From Actinomycetota bacterium (GTDB lineage: Bacteria; Actinomycetota; Acidimicrobiia; Acidimicrobiales; SZUA-35), in the NCBI GenBank assembly GCA_039029335.1, contig JBCCGJ010000003.1:1-56184 (forward strand): DNA of 56,184 bases, written 5' to 3'. The notes beneath the pieces are model-generated. The model had not been told where the DNA came from. It made no database searches and saw nothing but the letters and a program-made list of their open reading frames with translations. This document shows positions 18,559-27,171 of the stretch, in pieces; position 1 is the first letter of the stretch; each line of letters opens with the position of its first letter. The position numbers were made by a program, and so were the translations under genes.

Positions 18559-19247
18559 CCGCAACTGGCGGAAAGACCGGTGTTCTTCGAGACGTCAACC
18601 CGATCGTCGACGGCGTCATCGATGTCGGGGTGATCGTGGGGTACCCGTCCGAGCGGGGCAGGCCTGCGCCGCTCAACCTCGGGCCAGGGCCTCGGCTGCG
18701 GACCAACTCCGTCCTCTACGGTGCGTCGACCATCGGCCGGGGTTTCACCACCGGCCACAATGTGGTCATCCGAGAGGAGTGCGAGATCGGCGACGACGTC
18801 TCGGTCTGGACCAACAGCGTCGTCGACTACGGCTGCCGCATCGGTGACCGGGTCAAGATCCACTCCAACTGCTACGTCGCCCAGTTCACCGAAATCGGCG
18901 ACGATGCGTTCCTGGCCCCCGGTGTGAGTATCGCAAACGACCTCTACCCCGGCTCGGAGCAGTCGGCCGCCGTCATGCGGGGTCCGGTAATCGGTGCCGG
19001 GGCGCAGATCGGTGTCGGGGTGACGATTCTGCCGTACGTGGTGATCGGCGAAGGAGCGATGATCGGTTCCGGCGCGGTCGTCACCAAGGACATCCCGGCC
19101 GGAATGGTTGCGGTCGGCAATCCGGCGATCGTGACCAAGGCGGTAAAGGAACTGACCCCCATCGAGGATCGCATCGGAGATCGGCATCGGCCGGGGGAGC
19201 GAGCGATGGATGAGACGGACGGCGCGACCAGCGAGCGAAGGGTGTAA
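18555..19247 (+). CDS. Hexapeptide-repeat N-acetyltransferase (WbpD-like)
   Basis: Left-handed beta-helix repeats (IGDDV, IGDRV, IGAGAQIG, IGEGAMIGSGAVVTKDIP) and VGNPA. Confidence 0.9.
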   Translation: MTATGGKTGVLRDVNPIVDGVIDVGVIVGYPSERGRPAPLNLGPGPRLRTNSVLYGASTIGRGFTTGHNVVIREECEIGDDVSVWTNSVVDYGCRIGDRVKIHSNCYVAQFTEIGDDAFLAPGVSIANDLYPGSEQSAAVMRGPVIGAGAQIGVGVTILPYVVIGEGAMIGSGAVVTKDIPAGMVAVGNPAIVTKAVKELTPIEDRIGDRHRPGERAMDETDGATSERRV

Positions 19248-19249
19248 CT

Positions 19250-20122
19250 GTGGCTACAACAACCACCGGCCGACGGACGAGGCGGGATCGACGACACGGC
19301 AGACCGCCACACGTGGTCCGGCCGACCGGATTCACCCATTTGGACCAGGAACGGCGGGCGACCCCGAGCGGGCGCCAGCTCGTCGGGCTCTGCCTGGTCG
19401 GGCTGGTCCTGGCCGCCATCGGTGCCCAAGTCGGGGGCTTCGGTTCCTACCTCTTCGAGGAGCGCTGGCTGGCCAGAGCGGAGATCCAGTACCGGGGCAC
19501 CGCCTGGACGGAGACCCAGGATGTCGCCATCCGCAGCCGTTCGCTGCTCGGCCCGATCGCGGCGGACGTTGGCGAACCGATCAAGGAGTTCGAGGAGCGG
19601 CTCGAAGCCCGGCTGATCCCCGGAACCCAGATCCTCCGGGTCGACTACACCAGCACGGATCCGGATCTCGCCCGGACCGTCGTGTCCGAGTTGGCCAACC
19701 GGTACATCGACATAACCTCGGAGCTGACGCCGGCCGAGATCCGGGCGACCCTGCTGGACGAGATGGCCGAGATCGAGGCGGAGCTTGCGGTCGAACAGGA
19801 GAAGTTCGACCGGATCGCCACGTCGACGGACATCCGTGACCAACCGGAACAGCAGGCGACTCAGGCGGTGATCAACTCGCTCCGGGCGAGGCTGGATGAC
19901 GTCCAGTCACGGATCCTCGATCACGACATCCAGACCATCGACGAGTCGGAGAACGGCATCCCGATCGTGGTGACCGAACCCTTCGTCTTTGAGGAACAGG
20001 TCTTCCCCCGACCGAAGATCTTCGCCGCCGTCGGCGGGGCGGTCGGCCTTCTGCTGGCGGGCCTCTACGCGGGCTGGTTCTGGAACCGCCTGTCCTGGCG
20101 AGCGGAACGGCGGTCCTCCTAG
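19250..20122 (+). CDS. Wzz-like polysaccharide co-polymerase / chain-length determinant
   Basis: Two TMs flanking a coiled coil. Clearly paralogous to the N-terminal half of 17002-18558 (GTQIL vs GTQIV; VVTEPFVFEEQVFP vs VVTAPFILEEPVTP). Confidence 0.7.
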   Translation: MATTTTGRRTRRDRRHGRPPHVVRPTGFTHLDQERRATPSGRQLVGLCLVGLVLAAIGAQVGGFGSYLFEERWLARAEIQYRGTAWTETQDVAIRSRSLLGPIAADVGEPIKEFEERLEARLIPGTQILRVDYTSTDPDLARTVVSELANRYIDITSELTPAEIRATLLDEMAEIEAELAVEQEKFDRIATSTDIRDQPEQQATQAVINSLRARLDDVQSRILDHDIQTIDESENGIPIVVTEPFVFEEQVFPRPKIFAAVGGAVGLLLAGLYAGWFWNRLSWRAERRSS

Positions 20123-20123
20123 A

Positions 20124-21764
20124 TTGGCCACGGCAGCGCGTTCCGCTTCGACCGTCGTCGGTGATTCGACGACGGCCGCCACGTGGACGTTGTTGTCGCG
20201 CATCACCGGATTCGGTCGGGTACTCCTCATCGGCGCCGTTCTCGGCCCGTCGTACTTCGGCAACCTCTTTCAACTGGCCAACCAGCTGCCGTGGATCGTG
20301 TTCGAGCTGGCCATCGGCGCCCTGCTCGGTGCGCTCCTGGTCCCACCGCTCGTCCGCCACATCGGCGACGGTGACCTGGAGGCCGCCGAGCGCCTGGCCG
20401 GTCAGTTCCTCGGCTTTGTACTCGCCGTCTTCGGTGTCATCACCGTGGTAGTGATGGCCGGGTCGATCCTGATCATCCGCGGTCTTGCCGCACCGATCGC
20501 CGACGACGTGGTCCGGCAGGATTTCATCACGGCCGGCCTGCCGTTGCTGTTGCTGACCGGTCCCCAGCTGATCGGCTACGGCATTGCCGTCACCGGGCAG
20601 GCGGTCCAGCACGCCCTCGGCCACTTCGCGCTACCCGCTGCGGCGTCGATCGCCGAGAACGTCATCGTCATCCTGGCCCTGGCGGCCTTTTCCGTGCGGT
20701 TCGGTACGGGTGTCGAGGTTGGCGATGTGGGACTCGGACACATCCTCCTGCTGGGTGGCGGGTCGAGTCTCGGGGTTGCGGCCCATGCCCTCCTGCAATG
20801 GTGGGGGGTACGTCGGGCCGGACTCCGGTTGGTGCCTCGCCGAGGCTGGTCGACGCCCGAGATGCGGGCGATCATCGGCCAGGCTAGGACCTCGGCCGGT
20901 ACCGCGATCCTCAACGGGCTTCGGATCCTGATCCTGATCATCGCCTCCAACACGGTTGCCGGCGGGGTTGTCGCCTTCCAGCTGGCCATCAACCTGCTCA
21001 ACCTTCCGGTGGCGCTCGGATCGAAGCCGGTCTCCTTTGCGCTGCTGCCCCGGCTCTCGGCCGCAAAGCAGGCGGAGGACCTTCGCTCCTTCGTGGACAC
21101 CTACGCCCGGGGCGTTGGCATGGCGGCGTTCATCTCGGTGCCGGCCGCGGCCGCATCGATCGCGCTCGGCTGGTTCGCCGCCCGCGGTCTGGCGGTGGGG
21201 GAGATGGCCGGCCCGGAGGGTGAGCGCCTGGTGCTGTACGCCCTGGTCGGTATCGCCGGGGCCGTCGTCGGTGAAGGTCTTTTCCAGCTGGCCACCTCGG
21301 CCAGCTACGCCTGTTTCGATGCGGTCGCCCCGCTGCGCAGTCAGGCGCTGCGGGCCGGTCTGACCGCTGCCGGCGCGCTGTGCTGCCTCGCCCTGGTGAA
21401 CGGGCCGGTCATCGTCCTGTGGCTCGGTGTGACGATGAGTGTGGCCGACCTGATCGGCTCCGGTTACCTCCACCGGCGGATCATGACCTTGGCGACATCG
21501 GCCTACAACCTGAACCGCTCGCTCCTCCTGACAACCGCCGCGGCGATCGGAGGGTTTGTGCTCGGTGCGGGGGCGGCAGTGATCGTCCGTTCCGTCAGCG
21601 ATGGACCCCGCAACCAGCTGCTGGTGCTGGCGATGACCGGCGTGATCGCCGCAGGTTCGCTCGGCTGCTTCGCCTTTGTCCGATCCCGATTCGACGGCGA
21701 GCTGCGCGAACTGCTGGAAGAACTCCGCTCGAAGGAGTCGGCCGGCGGATCGGTGACGCCATGA
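20124..21764 (+). CDS. murJ: MurJ/MviN-like (MOP superfamily) flippase
   Basis: TLLSRITGFGR, FQLANQLP and FQLAINLLNLP motifs with about 13-14 hydrophobic helices. In-frame TTG at 20124. Confidence 0.8.
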   Translation: MATAARSASTVVGDSTTAATWTLLSRITGFGRVLLIGAVLGPSYFGNLFQLANQLPWIVFELAIGALLGALLVPPLVRHIGDGDLEAAERLAGQFLGFVLAVFGVITVVVMAGSILIIRGLAAPIADDVVRQDFITAGLPLLLLTGPQLIGYGIAVTGQAVQHALGHFALPAAASIAENVIVILALAAFSVRFGTGVEVGDVGLGHILLLGGGSSLGVAAHALLQWWGVRRAGLRLVPRRGWSTPEMRAIIGQARTSAGTAILNGLRILILIIASNTVAGGVVAFQLAINLLNLPVALGSKPVSFALLPRLSAAKQAEDLRSFVDTYARGVGMAAFISVPAAAASIALGWFAARGLAVGEMAGPEGERLVLYALVGIAGAVVGEGLFQLATSASYACFDAVAPLRSQALRAGLTAAGALCCLALVNGPVIVLWLGVTMSVADLIGSGYLHRRIMTLATSAYNLNRSLLLTTAAAIGGFVLGAGAAVIVRSVSDGPRNQLLVLAMTGVIAAGSLGCFAFVRSRFDGELRELLEELRSKESAGGSVTP

Positions 21765-23833
21765 CCACGATCGACACGCAAACGATCATCGGCGGCCGGA
21801 ACGGCAGGGACGATGCGGTCGTGACCGACATTCGCCAACACCCGGCCGCCCACCTCCGGGACCCGAGCGGCCTGGCCCCGGTTCCGGCGAGCACCATCCC
21901 GGAGTTCATCGATCACGTCCTTGGTTACTTCGTCGAGGTGCCGTCCGCCCGGCGGGTTCAGCTGCTGAAATACCTGCTGCCGGTGGCGGCGCTTGTGGCC
22001 GGTGCCCTGGTGGCCGTCATCGGGCCGGTCATCGGAACGGGATTCATCGGACTGACCATCCTGATCGGTTTGACGGCATTCCGGCCCCACTACTCCGGCT
22101 ACATCATGATCGCCGTGGCGCCTGCGATCGTCGGGTTCGGTCGGGGCCAGATCATCCCGTTGCTCCGCCCGAACGAAGCGCTGCTGTTCCTCCTGTGGGT
22201 TGTCCTCGGTGCCAGGTGGTTGCTGTACTCCCGCCGGGTCTCCGTCCGGTTGAACCGGATGGACCTTGTGGTCATCGGGCTGATCCTCACCGGCCTGGTC
22301 GTCCCGCTCCTGGTCCAGTTCGCCCGCCTCCGGCCGGTCTCGGCCGACGACATCTTTTACGCCTTTGTGCTGGTACGGCTCGGCCTGCTCTACGGCATCA
22401 TCCGCTACACGATCAGAACGCCCGGTGAGGTCCGGACCGCGATCGGACTGAGCCTGACCGTCGCAAGCGGACTCGGTGTGCTCGGTCTCATGGACTCCCT
22501 GAACCTGTTCGACACGGCGGAACGGCTCAATCCGTACTTCCCGAACGCCGGGCCCCTGACCGACGACGGTCGGGGCGCGGCGACGATCGGCAATCCCATC
22601 GGGTTCGGGGTGTACTGCGGGATGAACGCCGGTCTGGCCGTCGCGATGCTCCTCGGACGGGAGCGGCCACGCTCGCTGCTGGCCATCGCCGCGATCTGCT
22701 GCGCTGTTGGTGTGTTCGGGAGCGGCCAGATCGGTCCGTCACTGTCCTTCATCGTCGGGTTGGCCGCCCTCGCCATGTTGACCCGGTCGGTGAAGCAGAT
22801 GGTGCTGTGGTCGCTGCCGATCATCCTTGTCGGCTCGATCGTGATCGCCCCGCTCGCCCAGGAGCGGCTCGCCGGGTTCGAGGGGCCGCCGATCACCGGC
22901 GCTCAGCGGCAGGACATCGCCAACATCGAAGGCCAGGAGGAATCCCGAGCACTGTTCGATGCAAACCCGGGTTCGAGTTGGGACGTCCGCCTGTACAACC
23001 TACGCACCTTCTTCCTGCCGGAGTTCGACGACGACCTGAACCTCTGGCTCGGCGTCTCACCCCAGGCCAGGGTCACATCGCCGAACGAGGGTGAAGACTT
23101 CATCTGGATCGAATCCGGCCACCTCTGGTTGCTGTGGTCCGGCGGTGTTCCGCTGTTCATCATGTTCTTCCTTTTTGTCGGCGTCGGTCTGGTGACGTGT
23201 CGGACCGTGATGCGACGAACGCCGGGGCCGGTCGGCATCTGCGGCGCGGCGGCGTTTGCGTCGCTGATCATTCTGAGCGTGGCCACCACGTTCGACCCCC
23301 ACCTGACGTTGCGGGGGACGTCGGACATCCTGTTCCCGCTACTCGGTCTGGTCATGGTGGGGTTCAATCCGGATCGGATCCGTCCGGTTCGACCGCAGAA
23401 GCCGGTGCCGACGCTGGCGTACACCACCCCCGATCGAAACGTCTTGCGCGCGCCGACGAGCGTCAACGGGGACCGGTTGTTGCCGTCGGGCCTGAACGGA
23501 GGCGAGGCCGAAATCTACGTGGTGTCCGGTGCCTCCGGCCTCCAGCGGTTCACCGACTCTGACTCGCCGATCATGATCGGCAGGGGCAGGGACTGCCAGG
23601 TCAGGATCCCCGATGACTTCGTGTCCCGGGTGCACCTGGTCCTGGCCTGGGACGGCGAGGCGTGGCTGGTGAGCGACCACTCGAAACACGGGACCTTCAA
23701 CCGGGCGGGTGACCGCCTGGACGGAAGTGTCACCCTCGCCGACTACCTGGATCTGGTGGTCGGCGGGAAGAAGGGCAAGCAGGTTGAGGTCGGGCTGGTC
23801 TACGGGCCGAGCATCGAGGGAGAAGACGAATAA
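21761..23833 (+). CDS. Wzy/O-antigen-ligase-like polytopic membrane protein with C-terminal FHA domain
   Basis: About 11-12 TMs, RGAATIGNPIGFG loop, WIESGHLWLLWSGG ligase-like motif. C-terminal FHA signature IMIGRG...FVSRVH...DHSKHGT. ATGA overlap with the murJ-like gene. Confidence 0.78.
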   Translation: MTTIDTQTIIGGRNGRDDAVVTDIRQHPAAHLRDPSGLAPVPASTIPEFIDHVLGYFVEVPSARRVQLLKYLLPVAALVAGALVAVIGPVIGTGFIGLTILIGLTAFRPHYSGYIMIAVAPAIVGFGRGQIIPLLRPNEALLFLLWVVLGARWLLYSRRVSVRLNRMDLVVIGLILTGLVVPLLVQFARLRPVSADDIFYAFVLVRLGLLYGIIRYTIRTPGEVRTAIGLSLTVASGLGVLGLMDSLNLFDTAERLNPYFPNAGPLTDDGRGAATIGNPIGFGVYCGMNAGLAVAMLLGRERPRSLLAIAAICCAVGVFGSGQIGPSLSFIVGLAALAMLTRSVKQMVLWSLPIILVGSIVIAPLAQERLAGFEGPPITGAQRQDIANIEGQEESRALFDANPGSSWDVRLYNLRTFFLPEFDDDLNLWLGVSPQARVTSPNEGEDFIWIESGHLWLLWSGGVPLFIMFFLFVGVGLVTCRTVMRRTPGPVGICGAAAFASLIILSVATTFDPHLTLRGTSDILFPLLGLVMVGFNPDRIRPVRPQKPVPTLAYTTPDRNVLRAPTSVNGDRLLPSGLNGGEAEIYVVSGASGLQRFTDSDSPIMIGRGRDCQVRIPDDFVSRVHLVLAWDGEAWLVSDHSKHGTFNRAGDRLDGSVTLADYLDLVVGGKKGKQVEVGLVYGPSIEGEDE

Positions 23834-23875
23834 TGACAACTGCACGATGGCAACAACGGCCGGGAAGGGAACACG

Positions 23876-24820
23876 ATGGGTGAGTCCGATTTCGACGAGA
23901 CGGCGGCGTCTCGGCAGGAAATGGTCTCCGGGGAGACCGCTCGCGCCGGCCGACGGCTCGAGGAGGCACTGAACCGGGCCAGGACGGACGCCGGGCTCGG
24001 TGAGCTGCTCCAGGCCGTCGAGGGGGTGTACAACTCCCTGCGGATCGACACCGCCTACCTGGCCGAGGCGCTCACCGCCGAGCAGCGGCTCGTTGCGGAC
24101 CTCAAGCGGCGGAACCAGGCAAGCCAGGAGGCCCATGCCAAGGCCGTCACCGAGGCCACGCTGAAGGAACAGAAGGCCGACCGGCTGCACAGCCGGATCC
24201 TGGAACTTGAGTCCGCCCTTGAGGAGGCGTCCCTGCGGGCCGAGGCCGATCGGCTGATGGCACTCAGCGAGCGCGACACCGCAGTGGAGAACCTCAGCAG
24301 CAGGATCCGCTCCCTCGAGGCGGAGAACGGTCGCCTCGCCGACGAGCTGGCGGAGCTGAGACAGAAGGTGCGACCGATCGATGTGGCAACCGAACGCTAT
24401 GCCGACCCGGCCGTCACCCTGCTGGTCGACGGTGATGAGATGGTCATGCGTGGTTGGGCCGGTGTGCCGCTGGGGATCGGTCGGGCTCGGGCGATCTCCT
24501 CGCTCAGTCGGCTGGCCGAGACCAGGGATGCGCCGGTCGAGGTTGTTTTCGGAACCGAGGAAGGCCTGCAGCAGGAGGAGTTGGAGAAGGCCCCGATCCG
24601 GGTCAGGGTCATCTCGAACGGTGTCCCGATGGACACCGCACTCAACACGCTCCGGGACCAGTACGAGGAGCAGACCGAGGTGGCGGTCATCACCGACCAG
24701 CCGGACGTGTCCGGTGCGGTCGGGATGACAAGACTCATCGAGATGCTGGGGATGCCAACGTCAACCGGTGGCGCCGCTGGCGGCGATGGCCGGGTGACAT
24801 CGATCGCCATCAACGGCTGA
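23876..24820 (+). CDS. Coiled-coil protein with degenerate NYN (YacP/Rae1-like) domain
   Basis: Long heptad-rich region, then LLVDGDEM...RARAISSLSRLA...VEVVFG...IRVRVIS...VAVITD, which follows the actinobacterial NYN layout with altered catalytic motifs. Confidence 0.55.
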   Translation: MGESDFDETAASRQEMVSGETARAGRRLEEALNRARTDAGLGELLQAVEGVYNSLRIDTAYLAEALTAEQRLVADLKRRNQASQEAHAKAVTEATLKEQKADRLHSRILELESALEEASLRAEADRLMALSERDTAVENLSSRIRSLEAENGRLADELAELRQKVRPIDVATERYADPAVTLLVDGDEMVMRGWAGVPLGIGRARAISSLSRLAETRDAPVEVVFGTEEGLQQEELEKAPIRVRVISNGVPMDTALNTLRDQYEEQTEVAVITDQPDVSGAVGMTRLIEMLGMPTSTGGAAGGDGRVTSIAING

Positions 24821-24866
24821 GTTGTTGGTTGCCGGCGGTGAACGGTGGAAATTAGTGGTGGAGCGA

Positions 24867-25901
24867 ATGTCGCAGAGGATTGACGTCACGGCGTCGCACG
24901 AGTGGGATGAGGTGGTCGCCGGGTCGGACGGCGAGCTGTTCCTTTCCCGGCGGTGGATCGGCGTGCTCGAAGAGGTCTTTGATCTCAACATGGAGGCGAT
25001 CATCCAGCGGGATGCCGGTGGGCGGATCGTCGGCGCGCTGCCGTTCTGCTGTGTGGACGACGTCCGGAGCTCACGGGTGGCGGTGCTTCCGTTCTCCGAC
25101 TTCGTGACCCCGGTGCTGCATGCTGATGCGGACTGGGACCACGTGATCGATCCCATCCTGCAGCTCGGCAGACCACTGGTGTTCCAGACGACCGGCGGCT
25201 CCCCGGCCGCCACCGACGAACGGTTCGTCCAGGACGGTGAGTCGGTCAGGCACTCCGTCGCGCTCGACGCCGACCTGGACGAGCTCATGAGCCGCTTCTC
25301 CCAGCACCATCGCAGGCTTGTCCGCAAGTCGGCCAAGCACGGTCTCCGGTTCCGCCTTGCCGAGTCGACCGACGAACTGCGGGCGTTCTACGAACTCCAT
25401 CTCGGCGTCAGGAAACACAAGTACGGCATGCTGGCTCAGCCGTATCGTCTCTTCGAGGCACTGTGGGAGGAGTTCCTCACCAAGGGTGCCGGCGGCCTTG
25501 TGCTCGGGTTCGACGGTTCGATGGTGGTCGGCGGTTGCCTGCTCCTCGAGGCGGGGGACACGCTCTACTACAAGTACGCGGCGTCCCACCCGGACTACCG
25601 CGCCCTCGGGGTCAGCCACGGCGCAACGGTGCAGGCGATGGAGCTTGGCCTGCAGCGGGGCCTGGCCAAGCTGGACCTCGGCAGGAGCGACCTCGACCAA
25701 CCGGGTCTGGTGGACTTCAAACGCCGCTTCGGGGCGACGGCGACCGCGCTCCACCGGTACCGGTCGAAGGACCAGCTGTTCCAGGAGGTCTCGGAGATGG
25801 ACCGACTCCTCACCGACCTCACCGGGTTGATGACCCAGTCGACTGTGCCGGACCACATCACCGAACGGGCGGGCGACCGCCTCTACCGCCTCTTCGCGTG
25901 A
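24867..25901 (+). CDS. GNAT family acyltransferase (CelD/BcsL or FemAB-like)
   Basis: LPFSD, RRLVRKSAKHGL, YYKYAAS and LDLGRSDLDQPGLVDFKRRFG motifs. Confidence 0.82.
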   Translation: MSQRIDVTASHEWDEVVAGSDGELFLSRRWIGVLEEVFDLNMEAIIQRDAGGRIVGALPFCCVDDVRSSRVAVLPFSDFVTPVLHADADWDHVIDPILQLGRPLVFQTTGGSPAATDERFVQDGESVRHSVALDADLDELMSRFSQHHRRLVRKSAKHGLRFRLAESTDELRAFYELHLGVRKHKYGMLAQPYRLFEALWEEFLTKGAGGLVLGFDGSMVVGGCLLLEAGDTLYYKYAASHPDYRALGVSHGATVQAMELGLQRGLAKLDLGRSDLDQPGLVDFKRRFGATATALHRYRSKDQLFQEVSEMDRLLTDLTGLMTQSTVPDHITERAGDRLYRLFA

Positions 25902-25938
25902 GCTCCCGGTTGACGGGCCCACACCTCGGCGGGAGGCG

Positions 25939-27087
25939 CTAGGCCAGGTCCGGCCGCCGGGCGGCGACGATGGTCAACAGGATGAGGGCAGCCGTTGCGG
26001 CGATGGCAGACAGGCCGGCCGGTCCGGCGATGCCATACGCCTCATAGAGCAGGCCGGCGGAGGACACACCGATACCTCTGGCCAGGGTGTTGGTGCCGTT
26101 CCCGATCCCCAGGACCCGCCCTCGGGCAGCCGGCATGGCTTCGCTGACCAGGGAGAACGAGGTCACGATCGAATATTCGAAACCGAGGAAGAACACCAGT
26201 AGGCCGACCGTGCCGATGGCCAGGGACTCCCCGGCGGACGCGATGATCCCCAGACCGGCCAGCGTGGCTGTGACCGAGTACTGGATGGTCCGGCGCTTTC
26301 CCAGGCGATCGGCGAACGCCGACGAGCCGCTCGATGCGGTCAACTCCACTGCGCCAACCGCCATCGCCAGCAGGCCGACACCGCCGGTGGAGACCCCGAA
26401 CGCCCCGTCCAGCCAGGTACCGGCCACCACGATCGTGGTCAGCCCGGCCATGGCGATCGCAGCGGAGGCGGCGATGATCAGCCAGGCGTCGACGGTCAGC
26501 GGGGTGGTGTCCGCCGGGCCGTCCGACTGCCGGTTGGTCGCAACGCCGTCGTTGATCGTCCAGACCAGGAAGGCGGCCACGACCGCGGCGACCGCCGTTG
26601 CGATGAACGGAGCCCGCCAACCGAAGGCGGAGATCAGTACGGCGATCACCGGGACGCCGACCAGCAGCGCAGACGCCCAGGAGATCTCGTAGACCCCGAT
26701 GAACCGTGCCCGCCGGTGGAACGGAACCCGGGCCGATATCCAGGCGTGGCCGCCGACGGTCACGTGGCCGGACGCCGCGCCGAGGATCGCGACGGCGATT
26801 GCAAAGGTCCAGATGGTACCGGCGATCGCCAGCGCCGAGGACACGACGATGGCCAGCAGCGCAGCGATGATGACCAGTCGTTCCCGGCCGGCGTCCAGCA
26901 CCCGCCCGACCGCGATCGTGGTCAACCCTGCGCCCTCCGCAATGCCGAGGAGGAGCGCCAGCGCCGCCGTCGACGAGTCGAAGGCGACGGCCAGCGTCGG
27001 CAGGAAAAACGGCAACCATCGGATGGCGGTGTTGACCGTTCCCTTTCCAAAGGTCAGCCGAAGCAGCTCGGAGCGCCCAATCTCCAC
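25939..27087 (-). CDS. MFS transporter
   Basis: About 12 TMs, ADRLGKRR motif A, FGWRAPF. Confidence 0.88.
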   Translation of the reverse strand: MEIGRSELLRLTFGKGTVNTAIRWLPFFLPTLAVAFDSSTAALALLLGIAEGAGLTTIAVGRVLDAGRERLVIIAALLAIVVSSALAIAGTIWTFAIAVAILGAASGHVTVGGHAWISARVPFHRRARFIGVYEISWASALLVGVPVIAVLISAFGWRAPFIATAVAAVVAAFLVWTINDGVATNRQSDGPADTTPLTVDAWLIIAASAAIAMAGLTTIVVAGTWLDGAFGVSTGGVGLLAMAVGAVELTASSGSSAFADRLGKRRTIQYSVTATLAGLGIIASAGESLAIGTVGLLVFFLGFEYSIVTSFSLVSEAMPAARGRVLGIGNGTNTLARGIGVSSAGLLYEAYGIAGPAGLSAIAATAALILLTIVAARRPDLA

Positions 27088-27171
27088 CGCCGCAACGCTA
27101 TCGAGGTGTGGCGTCCCATGGACCGGCGGCAGAGACCGGCCGATCCGGGCGTGTCAGTCGGCTTCGACGGG

